From Alphaproteobacteria bacterium (GTDB lineage Bacteria; Pseudomonadota; Alphaproteobacteria; SP197), in the NCBI GenBank assembly GCA_964291265.2, contig OZ219747.1, forward strand, positions 3,616,001 through 3,680,000: a DNA stretch of 64,000 nucleotides, given 5' to 3'. Position numbers and translations under genes: made by a program. The notes beneath the pieces were generated by a model, which saw only the letters and a list, made by a program, of their open reading frames with translations, did no database searches and was not told the DNA's origin. This document shows, piece after piece, positions 1-9,922 of the stretch (position 1 is its first letter; every line of letters begins with the position of its first letter).

Positions 1-750
1 GACGCCGCCACCGCCGAGGGCATCACGGCGCAGCACGCTGGCGGCGATTCGCCTGGCGAACATCTCCTCGCCCAGAGCGTCCCTCAGGGGCCTGGCTTTC
101 GGACCTTGAATCCATGCCACTTCCCGCCGCGCGGCTTCCAGAGACCGCGCCGTGTCGTCCTTCACGCACATGGAGCCCAGACCGGCGCGGCTGAACGCCT
201 CCTCGTAGACGGTGATTGGCTCGAAGAGAAAGCTGAGGCCGTAGGCTTTCATGGCATCGATCCAGGCATTGTAGAGGTGTGGGACCGCTTCGGGGCCGGA
301 GGGAACCGTGAAGTCGGCGCAGATCACGTTCCCGTCCGGGACCAGGACCCGCGCCACTTCGCCAAAGAGGGCGAACTTGTCAGGAATGTGGCAAACGACA
401 TCCTTGGCGAAGACGATGTCAAATGAGGCATCGTCGAACGGCAATGGTCCTGGCGCCACATGATGCGTTTCGATCTTCGCGGAAAGCCCGATTTCCGAGA
501 TCGTCTCGCGCGTTCGCACAACGAGACCTTCGTCGACATCGATCGATGTCACGTGCCCGGCGCCGAGTGTTCCGGCAAGCATGAGCGCAGCACCGCCTAG
601 ACCACAGCCGATATCGAGTACCGAGCGCCCGGCGAGATCGACGCCATCAACCAGGACAGCCATTTCCTCGGCGCCGCCAGGCGACAGGAACCCCTTGCCA
701 TAGAGCGCCTGCATGCCTTCTACAACGCGCGTTGAATACTGGGTTGTCAT
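1..750 (-). CDS. Class I SAM-dependent methyltransferase (phosphoethanolamine/sarcosine N-methyltransferase-like); 3' end runs off the window
   Basis: Not in the ORF track. Manual translation from ATG at 750 gives MTTQYSTRVVEGMQALYGKGFLSPGG...VLDIGCGLGG...LPFDDASFDIVFAKDVVCHIPDK...ARVLVPDG, containing SAM motifs I, II and III. Confidence 0.85.
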   Translation of the reverse strand, partial: MTTQYSTRVVEGMQALYGKGFLSPGGAEEMAVLVDGVDLAGRSVLDIGCGLGGAALMLAGTLGAGHVTSIDVDEGLVVRTRETISEIGLSAKIETHHVAPGPLPFDDASFDIVFAKDVVCHIPDKFALFGEVARVLVPDGNVICADFTVPSGPEAVPHLYNAWIDAMKAYGLSFLFEPITVYEEAFSRAGLGSMCVKDDTARSLEAARREVAWIQGPKARPLRDALGEEMFARRIAASVLRRDALGGGGV

Positions 751-983
751 GGCCTCGCCTCTCGACGCCATCTGGCAGACGACGCGCAGTATTGCATGGC
801 GACCTCGCCACAGGACAAGAAGGAATCTGCGCCAGCGTCCATCAGACCCGACGCCTTCGTTCCATGCCGAAAGAAGCAACGCGTGCAGTGAATCGGTGAA
901 CTCCCCGGGAGCTCAATGCATGGCGAGTGAGTCTTGCCCACCGGAAAAGGACACCGCGAGGCGGCGGGTCCGCGCGGACGGTC

Positions 984-1427
984 TCAGTCCGTCACCGGAC
1001 CGTGCCTCAGGGGCGCACTCTCGCCGACAAAACCCTCGTATCGCGGCAGGTCGTCGGCGACCTCCATCCACGCGATGCGCTCGGGTTCGAAGGCATGGGC
1101 CGTCGGAACCAGCGAGTCGGGCTCGTCAAAGGTGCTGATGTGGAACTCGATGATCGGACCGAGATCACCACCGTCACCTTCCCAGGTCAGAGGCGTCCCG
1201 CAGTCACCGCAGAAGCCGCGACGCACTCCTTGTGATGAACAGTAGTGCCTGCGATCAGCACCACTGAAGGTAACCTGACCGACCCTGTAGCCTGCAAGCG
1301 TCACCACGGCAGCGCCGTTGTGCTTGCGGCAACTGTGACAGTGGCAGTGCGTGACGTCGAAAGGCTCGTCCCTCGCCTCGAAACGTACGGCGCCACACAT
1401 GCAGCGCCCGGTTCTCGTTACGGTCAT
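984..1427 (-). CDS. GFA (CENP-V/glutathione-dependent formaldehyde-activating) family protein
   Basis: GRCMCGAVRF, HCHCHSCRK and RGFCGDCGTPL zinc motifs; start placed at MTVTRTG. Confidence 0.9.
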   Translation of the reverse strand: MTVTRTGRCMCGAVRFEARDEPFDVTHCHCHSCRKHNGAAVVTLAGYRVGQVTFSGADRRHYCSSQGVRRGFCGDCGTPLTWEGDGGDLGPIIEFHISTFDEPDSLVPTAHAFEPERIAWMEVADDLPRYEGFVGESAPLRHGPVTD

Positions 1428-1618
1428 CGTGTGGCTCCCCTTCATCCGATGCGCACCGTGCACCCGTCACCGTTGCGAGCGTCCCTCCCCTCGGTCCGTG
1501 GGGGCGACCCGGTACTCCGCCTGCATTCACACTCCGCGCAGTCCGAGCGAAATGCAAGCGTTCGGTCACGAACGAGCGTTCGGACTGCACCACTTGAGGG
1601 TTCCCGGCCTTATGGCCG

Positions 1619-2032
1619 GTGTTCATACGCCGTTTCCGTCATCCGTTTGACGGCCAGGAGGTCAAGGTGATCGCGCGGCGGCGGAGTGGCGGCATTTATC
1701 ACCGGCTGACCCTGCATGTTGAACTGCCTGACGGCACCCGCATGTGGCTTCCTGCGACGTGGACGAGCCTTGAGGCGCGGGGTTCGGTTGGGTCGGAGCT
1801 GGTCGGCGAGTTGTCGGACTTCATCAGGCTGCGTACTCTGCTTGATGAGTTGGAGCGGCGTCTGGAGGCGACGGATGGCGAGGGATCGGGATCTGTCTCT
1901 GTTGGCGCTTCTGGAGTGGGAGGAACGTGTGCAGAGATGGCTCCAGGTTCCGCCACCGCATCGGGAGGCGCTGGTTCGGGAGCTGGCGGAGTTGATGGTT
2001 CGGCAAGCGAAGCGCAGGGGGAGGTCCGATGA
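1619..2032 (+). CDS. DUF5372/Y4bD-like small protein of a serine-recombinase cassette
   Basis: RHPFDGQE...LPDGTRMWLPATWTSL pattern, directly upstream of a large serine recombinase start. Confidence 0.55.
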   Translation: MFIRRFRHPFDGQEVKVIARRRSGGIYHRLTLHVELPDGTRMWLPATWTSLEARGSVGSELVGELSDFIRLRTLLDELERRLEATDGEGSGSVSVGASGVGGTCAEMAPGSATASGGAGSGAGGVDGSASEAQGEVR

Positions 2033-2066
2033 GCCGGTCATCGCGGATCACGAACCGGCACCTTGA
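1875..2066 (+). CDS. Small hypothetical protein of the same recombinase cassette
   Basis: MARDRDLSLL...WLQVPPPHREALVRELAELM; overlaps the recombinase start. Confidence 0.4.
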   Translation: MARDRDLSLLALLEWEERVQRWLQVPPPHREALVRELAELMVRQAKRRGRSDEPVIADHEPAP

Positions 2067-2283
2067 GCGCTCGGCTGCGGTCCATGTACGTCAGTCGACG
2101 CAGAACCAGGTCCTGAAGAACCGGGAATCGCGCGAGCGTCAATACCGTCTGGTGGACCGTGCCCGCGCCCTGGGCTGGCCGGACGATCGCATTGTGGTCA
2201 TTGATTCGGACCTCGGCCAGAGCGCGGCTTTGCAAGGCACGCGCCGCGGTTTCGATGAGCGTAAGCGTTCGGTCCAGCGGTGA
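2029..2283 (+). pseudogene. Large serine recombinase, N-terminal fragment only
   Basis: ITNRHLERSAAVHVRQST (Y-x-R-x-S motif with Y to H), ESRERQYRL, LGWPDDRIVVIDSDLGQS; similarity is lost after about 77 aa. Confidence 0.85.
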
Positions 2284-2519
2284 TTGGGTCGATGACAGCA
2301 CTGAGCGAATTCAGGCGAGTCCCGGAGCCATGCGCAGTTGCCACCGTCACCCTCATTTCGTCACCCCTTGGCCGAACGCTTACTCTTCAGCGGTATCCCT
2401 CTCATCGTCGCCTTCTCTGTTCACCTGGACCGGTTTCCCTCGATCAACAGCACCACGCGCCAGGTGACGGAATTGGTGACCTTCCTCCGCCAGGTTCCGC
2501 CAGATGGTGTTGCCGATCT

Positions 2520-2928
2520 CGGTCCATGCCCTCATGCAACACGGCCCGGTTCAGCCGTTTCATGCGCGCATCGACACCGGACAAACCTCCATCTCGACCA
2601 CGTGCGCACGGCGCCTGCCAAGGGACCGCACGAGGAACGGGTACTCCTCGTGCACATCCTGCGCAACTCGCCAGGCCTCGCGGCGACGGTGGTCGCCCCG
2701 GGTGTAGCGGGAATCGTCGGTGGCGCGATCGTCACGGAACAGGTCTTCAAGATGAACGGACTCGGTCTCCTCCTCATCGCCGCGATCCGGGCGAACGACC
2801 TGCTGACGGTCCAGATCCTGACCTGCATGCTCGCCGTTCTCATCATCCTCTTCAATCTGGCCGCCGACCTCCTGTGCGGCATTCTCGACCCGAGAAACCG
2901 TGATCGCCGATACGGCTCATTCGCTTAG
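2520..2928 (+). pseudogene. DppB/OppB-type ABC permease, degraded C-terminal fragment
   Basis: HVRTAPAKGPHEERVLLVHILRNS (EAA loop), GGAIVTEQVF, NLAADLLCGILDPR; no intact N-terminus. Confidence 0.75.
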
Positions 2929-3536
2929 GTCTGGAAGCATCGACCCGGCTTGCGGACAGCAGAAGAGCGCCGTGCTGGGCCGAGGGTTCTTCCTCGTCAT
3001 CCTGACGGCGGCCCTCCTTGTGTCCACTCGACTTGTCGACGTGCGCGATCGCAACCCCGCGATGAGTCCACAGCACCACATCCCGGTGCGGATCAGCTCA
3101 GCCTGTGCGCATGATGGAGGGCGCCGGGGCGTCCCTGGCGGTCAGCATGCTGCTCTCGCCTGCCAGCGGCCGGCCGGTCGGGGTCCTCGCCGGACGGGGT
3201 GCCGATGCGTCTCACGGGGCCTCTTCCCGAGGCTCCCTCTCCTTCCTCCCGTGCCGGTGAACTTCTGCTGTTTCGTACACACCCCTTGGTGTTAGACCCG
3301 TTTCGGACAGGAAGCCGACGTCTTCGTGATGGTTGTCGTCGGCATCACGTGTTGAATGCAGACCGCGCCGCCGTCAGGGGAGAGGTGCTCGCATCGCGGG
3401 AACGCGACGTCGTTGCCGCCGGCACATCCTGCCCGACGCGCCGTCCGCCCTGATGGTCTCCGCGACGCTCGGAATAGGCCCTCTCCATGTCTCGGGCCGG
3501 GACTCCCTTCGGATTTCGCGACATGGAGCCCTTAAG

Positions 3537-3974
3537 CCGAAGTTCCAGGGCTGATCAGGCGCAAGTATATGATATGAATGACATTCAATGGATCTCAGAG
3601 GCGTCTGACTGGGTACATTACGGCTTTACACCGAGGAGTTTGAGTGTTCTTCTCTGGAGCGGCGTGGGCCGCGTAGTGATCTGGAAGGGCCCGGCGCCTG
3701 GCGAAGTGGAGCGCCACGGTGTTGCGTGTGATGGTGCGCTTCTTGACCTTTCCGACTTCGCGCCGGGGGCTCGTGGAGCATGATGGCGGGTGGAGGGGAC
3801 TGGTTGAGGAGGGCTTTGATGCACATGGCTACCGTGCATGGGCGTACCGCGGACGTATGTCAAGCACAAGGTGCATTCATACATGGGTACACAGTGAAGC
3901 CTGATGAATCCAACAAATAACGCAAAATCAGTGAGTTGTTGTGAAGATCAGCAGGAAATCGTCCGGAACTTCGG
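3537..3974 (-). mobile_element. 438-bp MITE-like internal-deletion derivative of an IS1634-family element
   Basis: Terminal IRs CCGAAGTTCC; 6-bp DR CTTAAG at 3531-3536 and 3975-3980; transposase N-terminal (KVKKRTI) and C-terminal (FQITTRPTPLQ) remnants fused together. Confidence 0.9.
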
Positions 3975-4071
3975 CTTAAGCTCCACGATGCCACCGATCA
4001 TCTGCAGCAGTACCGGGCCGTATGTGGTCTGGCCTCGCGGTGCATTCGGTCAATCACCTCGGTGACAAGCC

Positions 4072-6500
4072 CTACCTATTAGTCACAAATCGTGCAGGAC
4101 GTGATCGTGTCCTTCCGACGTCGGATCCAGATCGAGGGCCTCGAGCAGGCATTCATAGGCCAGGGCAGCGGTGGCCAGTCGCGGATAGCCATGCCACATC
4201 GTCTGGTTGCCCGGCGCCGGATCATGCTTGCGGTCCAGATACCCGCCGAGGATCGCCACCAGCTTCACCGCCGCCCCCAGCGTGTCGGGCGGGTCCAGCC
4301 GGTATCGCCGGGCATAGTCGCCGAGGAAGCGGAGTTCCAGGTCCGAGAACAGGCAGTCGGGCTTCATCGTCGGCACATCCCGCCCGAGCAGGGTCATCAG
4401 GGCAAGACGCCAGGCGATCACGGCGTGGATGGTGATCTGCCGTTCCAGGCGGCAGGCCTTGCGCGTCGCCAGGTGCTCCACCCGGCAGCCGGACTTCAGC
4501 ACCCGGAACCAGCATTCGATCCGCCAGCGCAGCGCGTACCAGCCGACGATCTCCTGGGCCGCTTCGGCGTGGTCCACAGGAAGGTCGGTCAACAGGAACC
4601 ATTCCACCGGAGCTTCCCCGGCCGGCGGGGCCGTCTCGAGGAGATGCAGCGCGGTCACGGCCACGGGCGCGGCATCGGGGCAGCCAGCGGTCGCCGGCAG
4701 CGTGGTCGACAACCAGCGCAACTCCAGCACCGCGTTCCGCCGGGCAGTGCGGCCGGGCTGCTTCTTGCGCCCCGAGGACTTCGGCCGGGCCGTCAGGCGG
4801 GGTATGTCGATCTGCATGGTGCCGCGGCAGGCAGACGTACGTAGTCGGGTGAACAGCTTCGCAGCCCCGCGCTTGAGAACCCGGTCATGTCGAGCCCGCA
4901 CCAGCATCGACAGACGGCGATGCTGCCGGCACCGGTCGAACAGTTCGAAGAAGTCCGCTTCCCGGTCCATCACGCACACGACCTTCACCCCGGTCGTCCG
5001 GGCCGCGAGGTCCGCGATGTCGTCGAGACCGTCGAGCCAGCGCTGCGACGTGCGCCGGGACATCTCGACATCCTCGCCCGAACCGGTCTTTGCCCGGGGG
5101 CGGGGAGGAGCGTCGAAGGCAAGACGCGCCACCCCCAGCGGCAGGCCTTCGCCGCTGACAACGTAGCTGGCGTGCAGGTGCAGGCCCAGGGTCTGCGAGG
5201 CCGTCTGGTTCGTGCCGATGATGCCCAGACCGTCGCAGCCCGGACGGGTCGCGAAGTTCAGGTCCGTCCCGTCCTGAATGCACAACGCCACCCGCTGGCC
5301 GCACATCCGCTGCACCGTTCGTTGACGGTGCGGCGCCAGGATGTTCGCCGGGGTCACCGCCGACGTCTCCGGCTGATCCAGGAACCGATAATAGGCCCGG
5401 ACACCGGCAGGATCCGGGCGCGCCAGACCGCTGTAGGACGACATCGGACTCTCTCCCTGTCTTCGTGCAATCTCCACCAGGCGCGCACTCAGACGCCGGT
5501 CGCCGATCGGCGCTCCCCCGAACTCGTGGTGCGCCCACGCCGAGGCGTCCAGACCCTCCCCCGGGGACAGGGCCGGCATCGGCTCCGCCACCCCCAGCTT
5601 GTGCCGCCAGTCCCGGTCCAGAACGTACATGTACACGGCCTTGACGCTCTCGGCCATCTCGCGCGCGCGGTCCTGACGGCCTCGGCCCCGGGTGAACCCC
5701 ACGAGCTGCCAGTTCGCCGCCCGCAGGCTCGCACCGTCGCGCGTCGGGTCGACATAGGTCTCGACCAGCCATGGCAGGAACCCGTAGCGCTGCGCAACAT
5801 CGGCGCCCAGGCGAGACAGGCACATCGACAGCGTCTTCGACGCAAGGTTCGCAACCGGCACCCGGATCAGAAACCGGCTCATCGACAGCACCCGGTGTCG
5901 CTCCGCACGACGCCGGTCGGCATCCCAGCCGATCCAGGCATCCCGATCCGCCACCTTCAGCGCCGCTGCGGCAAAGCCGAAACCGCCGAGACAGCCGTGA
6001 GCGGAATCCACCAGATAGCGCAGCTGATGACCGGCCAGGATGGGAGCGCCGAGAAAGTGCTCCCGCGCCATCAGTTCGTTCCAGAGCGCCCGTTCGGCAT
6101 CCGTGCGCACCAGCAGGATCCGCAGACCCTGGATCGCCGCCACGCTCGCCGGCACATCACGCGGCTTCTCCACCGCCTCGCCGAGCCGGCGGGGCGTTGC
6201 CCGACGCCGCTGACCGGAGGGCTCCGGCAAGCCCTCGATCCTGCCCTGCGATGCCAGCTGCTTCAGGGCCACGACACAGCTCGATACCCGCTCGCGTCCC
6301 CGTGCGTCCCGCAGGCCGAAGTGCCGGCACACTTCCAGCGCCAGGCGGTTTTGACTACTATCGCCGCTCTCGGTGACGATCGACTGCAGGCGATCGAGCT
6401 GGTCCTCAAGGACGCGTTTGATCGGAATGTGTGCTTCCATGCAGGGCAGGGTGCACCATCCGAATCATCTTGTCCAGCACGATTTATGACTAAAGGGCAG
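4072..6500 (-). mobile_element. IS4-family insertion sequence, 2429 bp
   Basis: Imperfect 23-bp IRs (CTACCTATTAGTCACAAATCGTG and CACGATTTATGACTAAAGGGCAG); 8-bp DR GACAAGCC at 4064-4071 and 6501-6508. Confidence 0.9.
4083..6440 (-). CDS. IS4/Tn5-like DDE transposase with N-terminal DUF4338 (DruA-like) domain, 785 aa
   Basis: N-terminal WNELMAREHFLG...GHQLRYL...RDAWIGW...SRFLI...LVETYVD...RAANW; WAHHEFGGAPIGDRRL; IQDGT, VMDREAD, YALRWRIECWFRVLK (YREK motif). Confidence 0.9.
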   Translation of the reverse strand: MEAHIPIKRVLEDQLDRLQSIVTESGDSSQNRLALEVCRHFGLRDARGRERVSSCVVALKQLASQGRIEGLPEPSGQRRRATPRRLGEAVEKPRDVPASVAAIQGLRILLVRTDAERALWNELMAREHFLGAPILAGHQLRYLVDSAHGCLGGFGFAAAALKVADRDAWIGWDADRRRAERHRVLSMSRFLIRVPVANLASKTLSMCLSRLGADVAQRYGFLPWLVETYVDPTRDGASLRAANWQLVGFTRGRGRQDRAREMAESVKAVYMYVLDRDWRHKLGVAEPMPALSPGEGLDASAWAHHEFGGAPIGDRRLSARLVEIARRQGESPMSSYSGLARPDPAGVRAYYRFLDQPETSAVTPANILAPHRQRTVQRMCGQRVALCIQDGTDLNFATRPGCDGLGIIGTNQTASQTLGLHLHASYVVSGEGLPLGVARLAFDAPPRPRAKTGSGEDVEMSRRTSQRWLDGLDDIADLAARTTGVKVVCVMDREADFFELFDRCRQHRRLSMLVRARHDRVLKRGAAKLFTRLRTSACRGTMQIDIPRLTARPKSSGRKKQPGRTARRNAVLELRWLSTTLPATAGCPDAAPVAVTALHLLETAPPAGEAPVEWFLLTDLPVDHAEAAQEIVGWYALRWRIECWFRVLKSGCRVEHLATRKACRLERQITIHAVIAWRLALMTLLGRDVPTMKPDCLFSDLELRFLGDYARRYRLDPPDTLGAAVKLVAILGGYLDRKHDPAPGNQTMWHGYPRLATAALAYECLLEALDLDPTSEGHDHVLHDL

Positions 6501-6642
6501 GACAAGCCTGCGCGATGCACGCGATCCCCGGATCCGCCACGGGGGAAGGCGGCGAAGACCGTGATCGGAACAGGCGCGAACAAGGGGTGAACCGGCCCGT
6601 GACGGAGTCCCATGCTCCCCGCGCCGGCTGTGGACCTGCGGG

Positions 6643-7581
6643 TCAGAACCCCACCATGTCGCCACCCTTGAGACCCAGCATGTCGCGGGCCTCGGCCGGG
6701 CTCGCCACTTCGAGGGAAAGGTCCTCGATGATGCGCCGTATCTTGGCGACCTGATCGCGGTTCGACCTCGCCAGTTCACCCTTCGCGATGTAGAGGCTGT
6801 CTTCCAGTCCCACCCGGACATTGCCGCCGAGCATGGCGGCCATGGTGACGAATGTCATCTGATGGCGCCCGGCGGCCAGCACCGACCACCGGTAGGCATC
6901 CCCGAAGAGTTTGTCGGCAATGCGACGGGCATGCATGAGATTCTCCTCGTCGGCGCCGATTCCGCCGAGGATGCCGAAGATCGACTGCACGAAGAGGGGC
7001 GGCCTCACGAGGCCCCGATCGAGGAAGTGGGCCAGGGTGTAGAGATGGCCGATATCGTAGCACTCGAATTCGAATCTCACGCCATGGCCCTCACCAAGAA
7101 CATCGAGAATATGTTCGATATCCTTGAACGTGTTGCGGAAAATGAAGTCTCGCGAGTTTTCCAGGTGACGCCTCTCCCAGTCATGGCGAAAGTCCTTGAT
7201 CTTGTCGAGAATGGGGAAGAGGCCGAAGTTCATGGACCCCATGTTGAGCGACGTCATCTCCGGACTCGCTCTCAGCGCCCCCGCCAGGCGTTCATCGAGA
7301 GACATGCCGTGGCCGCCGCCGGTGGAGATGTTGATGACGGCATCGGTCGACTGCTTGATGCGCGGCAGGAATTCCATGAAGACATCGGGGTCGGGAGTCG
7401 GACTGCCGTCGGAGTTGCGGGCATGAAGGTGGATGATCGACGCGCCGGCTTCCCAGGCGCCGATCGATGCGTCGGCGATCTCCTGAGGCGTGACCGGCAA
7501 CCACGGACTCATCGTCGGCGTATGGATGGATCCGGTCACGGCGCAGGTGATGATGACCTTGTCACGTCGAGTCATCGGCAT
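6643..7581 (-). CDS. Beta-keto acid cleavage enzyme (BKACE/DUF849; 3-keto-5-aminohexanoate cleavage family)
   Basis: KVIITCAVTGSIHTP, IIHLHAR, SLNMGSMNF, RVGLEDSL. Confidence 0.93.
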   Translation of the reverse strand: MPMTRRDKVIITCAVTGSIHTPTMSPWLPVTPQEIADASIGAWEAGASIIHLHARNSDGSPTPDPDVFMEFLPRIKQSTDAVINISTGGGHGMSLDERLAGALRASPEMTSLNMGSMNFGLFPILDKIKDFRHDWERRHLENSRDFIFRNTFKDIEHILDVLGEGHGVRFEFECYDIGHLYTLAHFLDRGLVRPPLFVQSIFGILGGIGADEENLMHARRIADKLFGDAYRWSVLAAGRHQMTFVTMAAMLGGNVRVGLEDSLYIAKGELARSNRDQVAKIRRIIEDLSLEVASPAEARDMLGLKGGDMVGF

Positions 7582-7616
7582 CGTCCTTTCCTGTTGTCTG
7601 CCGGCCGAGGCGCGGC

Positions 7617-8696
7617 TCACGCGCTGGCCAGAACTTCGGTGAGAACACGATCAAGGGCAGCCATGTCATCGGGAGGACCGATGGTGATCCTGAGATGACG
7701 CTCAAGACCGAAGTTGGCGAGACGTCTGAGCAGGATGCCGCGCGCCTTCACCCGCTGGTAGAGCGTTTCGGCGTCCATGGCGACGGCCTGCGGCAGTCCG
7801 GCCATGAGAAAGTTGCCATCACCGGGAACCACATCGAGACCGAGTTCAACGAGCCGTGCCGTCATCCGCTCCTTGAGCGCGCGTGTCTGCTGCACCACCT
7901 GGGTCGTGTGCCCGGTGTCGGCGAGCGAGGCGATGGCCGCCGCCATGGCGGGCCCGGAGAGAATGCCTGGCAGGCAAACCTTCGCCACCGCCTCGACGAC
8001 ATGGCGCCGGGCATAGGCCCAGCCGGTGCGCAGGCCGGCCAGCCCGTGCGCCTTGGAGAACGTGTGAAGGATGACGGCATTGTACCCTTCGTCGACCAGA
8101 ACATGGGCTGACGGCGCCGACGGAACGGGGACATAGTCGGCATAGGCCGCGTCAATCATGAGGAGTACGTGATCGGGCAGGGCCTCCGCGAGGCGACGCA
8201 GGGCATCCAGACCCACCGATGTGCCCGTGGGATTGTTGGGACTGGCGACGTAAAGGATGGCGCAACTGCCGGTGACAGCCTCGATGAAGGCATCGATATC
8301 GTGAGTGAAGGTTGGTTCCTCGACCAGTTTTACCCCTGCTCCTGTTGCGCGGGCAAGAACAGAAGGGAAAGCGTAGCTCAAGCGCCCGGTCACGAGAATG
8401 CGCCCGGGCTCCAGGCAGCACGCCGCCAGGTCGCGCATGATGTCCATCGAACCGGCGCCGCAGACGATGCGGTCCTCGTCGAGACCGTGATGGTCGGCAA
8501 GCGCCCGTTTCAAGGCCGAATAGTTTTCGTCGTTGTACCTGCGGGTGTCACGACACGCCTGACGCGCCGCCTCGATGGCCCTGGGACTGGGAGGGAAGGC
8601 GGATTCGTTGAAACCCAGCTGAACCATGTCCCCGACGGTCTCGCCGGAGACATAGGGCATCATCTCGCGGACCGTGCGTCGCACCGTGAATGGCAT
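7617..8696 (-). CDS. hisC: Histidinol-phosphate aminotransferase-like PLP enzyme
   Basis: C-terminal part of track ORF 7617..9392, from MPFTVRR: LGFNESAF, ASPNNPTG, DAAYADY, TFSKAHGLAGLRTGW, LRITIG. Confidence 0.8.
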   Translation of the reverse strand: MPFTVRRTVREMMPYVSGETVGDMVQLGFNESAFPPSPRAIEAARQACRDTRRYNDENYSALKRALADHHGLDEDRIVCGAGSMDIMRDLAACCLEPGRILVTGRLSYAFPSVLARATGAGVKLVEEPTFTHDIDAFIEAVTGSCAILYVASPNNPTGTSVGLDALRRLAEALPDHVLLMIDAAYADYVPVPSAPSAHVLVDEGYNAVILHTFSKAHGLAGLRTGWAYARRHVVEAVAKVCLPGILSGPAMAAAIASLADTGHTTQVVQQTRALKERMTARLVELGLDVVPGDGNFLMAGLPQAVAMDAETLYQRVKARGILLRRLANFGLERHLRITIGPPDDMAALDRVLTEVLASA

Positions 8697-8704
8697 GACG
8701 CCGG

Positions 8705-9880
8705 TCAGGCGTTGAGCGGGAGGGAGTCGGAACCGGTCGCCGCATCGACGAAGGGCTCCTTGCCCAGGATGGCAAGTCCGTAACCCTCGATGGCCCTGTA
8801 GGGTGCCGGATTGTTGGTCAGGATGCGAATTGTGCGCAGACCAAGGTCGTGCAGGATCTGGGCGCCCGTGCCGTACTGCCGCCAGTCGAGGCCGTGCAGG
8901 ACATCGTTGCGGTCCCCATCCGATTCTCCGTAGATCCGCCGGCGTCCGAATCCAAGCCCCCAACCCTGCGGTCCGCGCAGATAGAGAAAGACGGCAGCCG
9001 GCTCCCGGGCAAGCCGCTCGAGCGCAATGTCCACGAGACTGCGGCCGGCTCCCCTTACCGTGCCGAAGACATCGTCGATGGCGCTGGCTGAATGGACCCT
9101 GACGAGAACGCCGTTGCCGGAAGAGCGAATATCCCCCTTCACAAGGGCGAGATGTTCGGTGTCGTCGATGTCCGAACGATAGACGAGGACTTCGAAGGGA
9201 CCGTGCCGGGTCTCGAAGGGCGCCCGGTCGATGAGCGTGACGAGGCGCTCGGTGCGTCGCCGGTAGGCAATGAGATCGGCAATGGAGATCAGGGCCAACC
9301 CGTTCTCGCGGGCGAGGGGCACCAGGTCCGGCAGACGCATGAGAGCGCCCCGGTCGTCGACGATCTCGCAGATCATGCCTGCCGGAGCACACCCGGCGAG
9401 CCGCGCCAGGTCGACGGCAGCCTCGGTATGACCGGCGCGGGTCAGAACACCTCCTTCCCGCGCCCGCAACGGGAAGATGTGTCCGGGCCGGGCAAAACTC
9501 GACGCATCGACACGCCGGTTGCCGCCGTCGCCGGCAAGCGCCCGGATGGTGCGCGCCCGATCCTCGGCGGAAATGCCTGTGGTCGTGCCGAAACGGTAGT
9601 CAACGGAAATCGTGAAGGCCGTGCGGTGTTGCTCGGTGTTGTGCTGCACCATCTGCGGCAACTCGAGCTCATCGAGACGTTCCCCTTCCATGGGAACGCA
9701 GATGACGCCCGCTGTGTGACGAACAAAGAAAGCGACCAGTTCCGGCGTCGCCTTTCCCGCCGCCATGATGAGATCGCCTTCATTCTCGCGGTGTTCATCG
9801 TCGACGACGACGACGGGCCGCCCTGCGGCAATCTCGGCAATCGCCTCCTCGATGGACGAGAAACATCGTTCCTGCGTCAT
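8705..9880 (-). CDS. ribB: 3,4-dihydroxy-2-butanone-4-phosphate synthase fused to a degenerate GTP cyclohydrolase II domain (RibBX-type)
   Basis: DDEHRENEGDL, TAFTISVD, TTGISAEDRA, RPGHIFPL, GHTEA; the C-terminal domain reads VRVHSASAIDDVFG and lacks the Zn-binding cysteines. Confidence 0.9.
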   Translation of the reverse strand: MTQERCFSSIEEAIAEIAAGRPVVVVDDEHRENEGDLIMAAGKATPELVAFFVRHTAGVICVPMEGERLDELELPQMVQHNTEQHRTAFTISVDYRFGTTTGISAEDRARTIRALAGDGGNRRVDASSFARPGHIFPLRAREGGVLTRAGHTEAAVDLARLAGCAPAGMICEIVDDRGALMRLPDLVPLARENGLALISIADLIAYRRRTERLVTLIDRAPFETRHGPFEVLVYRSDIDDTEHLALVKGDIRSSGNGVLVRVHSASAIDDVFGTVRGAGRSLVDIALERLAREPAAVFLYLRGPQGWGLGFGRRRIYGESDGDRNDVLHGLDWRQYGTGAQILHDLGLRTIRILTNNPAPYRAIEGYGLAILGKEPFVDAATGSDSLPLNA

Positions 9881-9922
9881 GGCCGAGATCCCCGATCATG
9901 ATCAGGCGCCGGAACAGGATCG

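Noticed and set aside
3483-3528. Hairpin CTCCATGTC...GACATGGAG as an attC or REP element
   Set aside because: Single copy, no clear R-box pair and no integron integrase
4083-6440. Druantia defence system
   Set aside because: The DUF4338 domain is fused to a transposase inside IS ends, and no DruE helicase or other dru genes are present
7617-9392. 591-aa ORF as a single protein
   Set aside because: Only the part from 8696 is aminotransferase-like; the upstream part is an alternative frame of ribB
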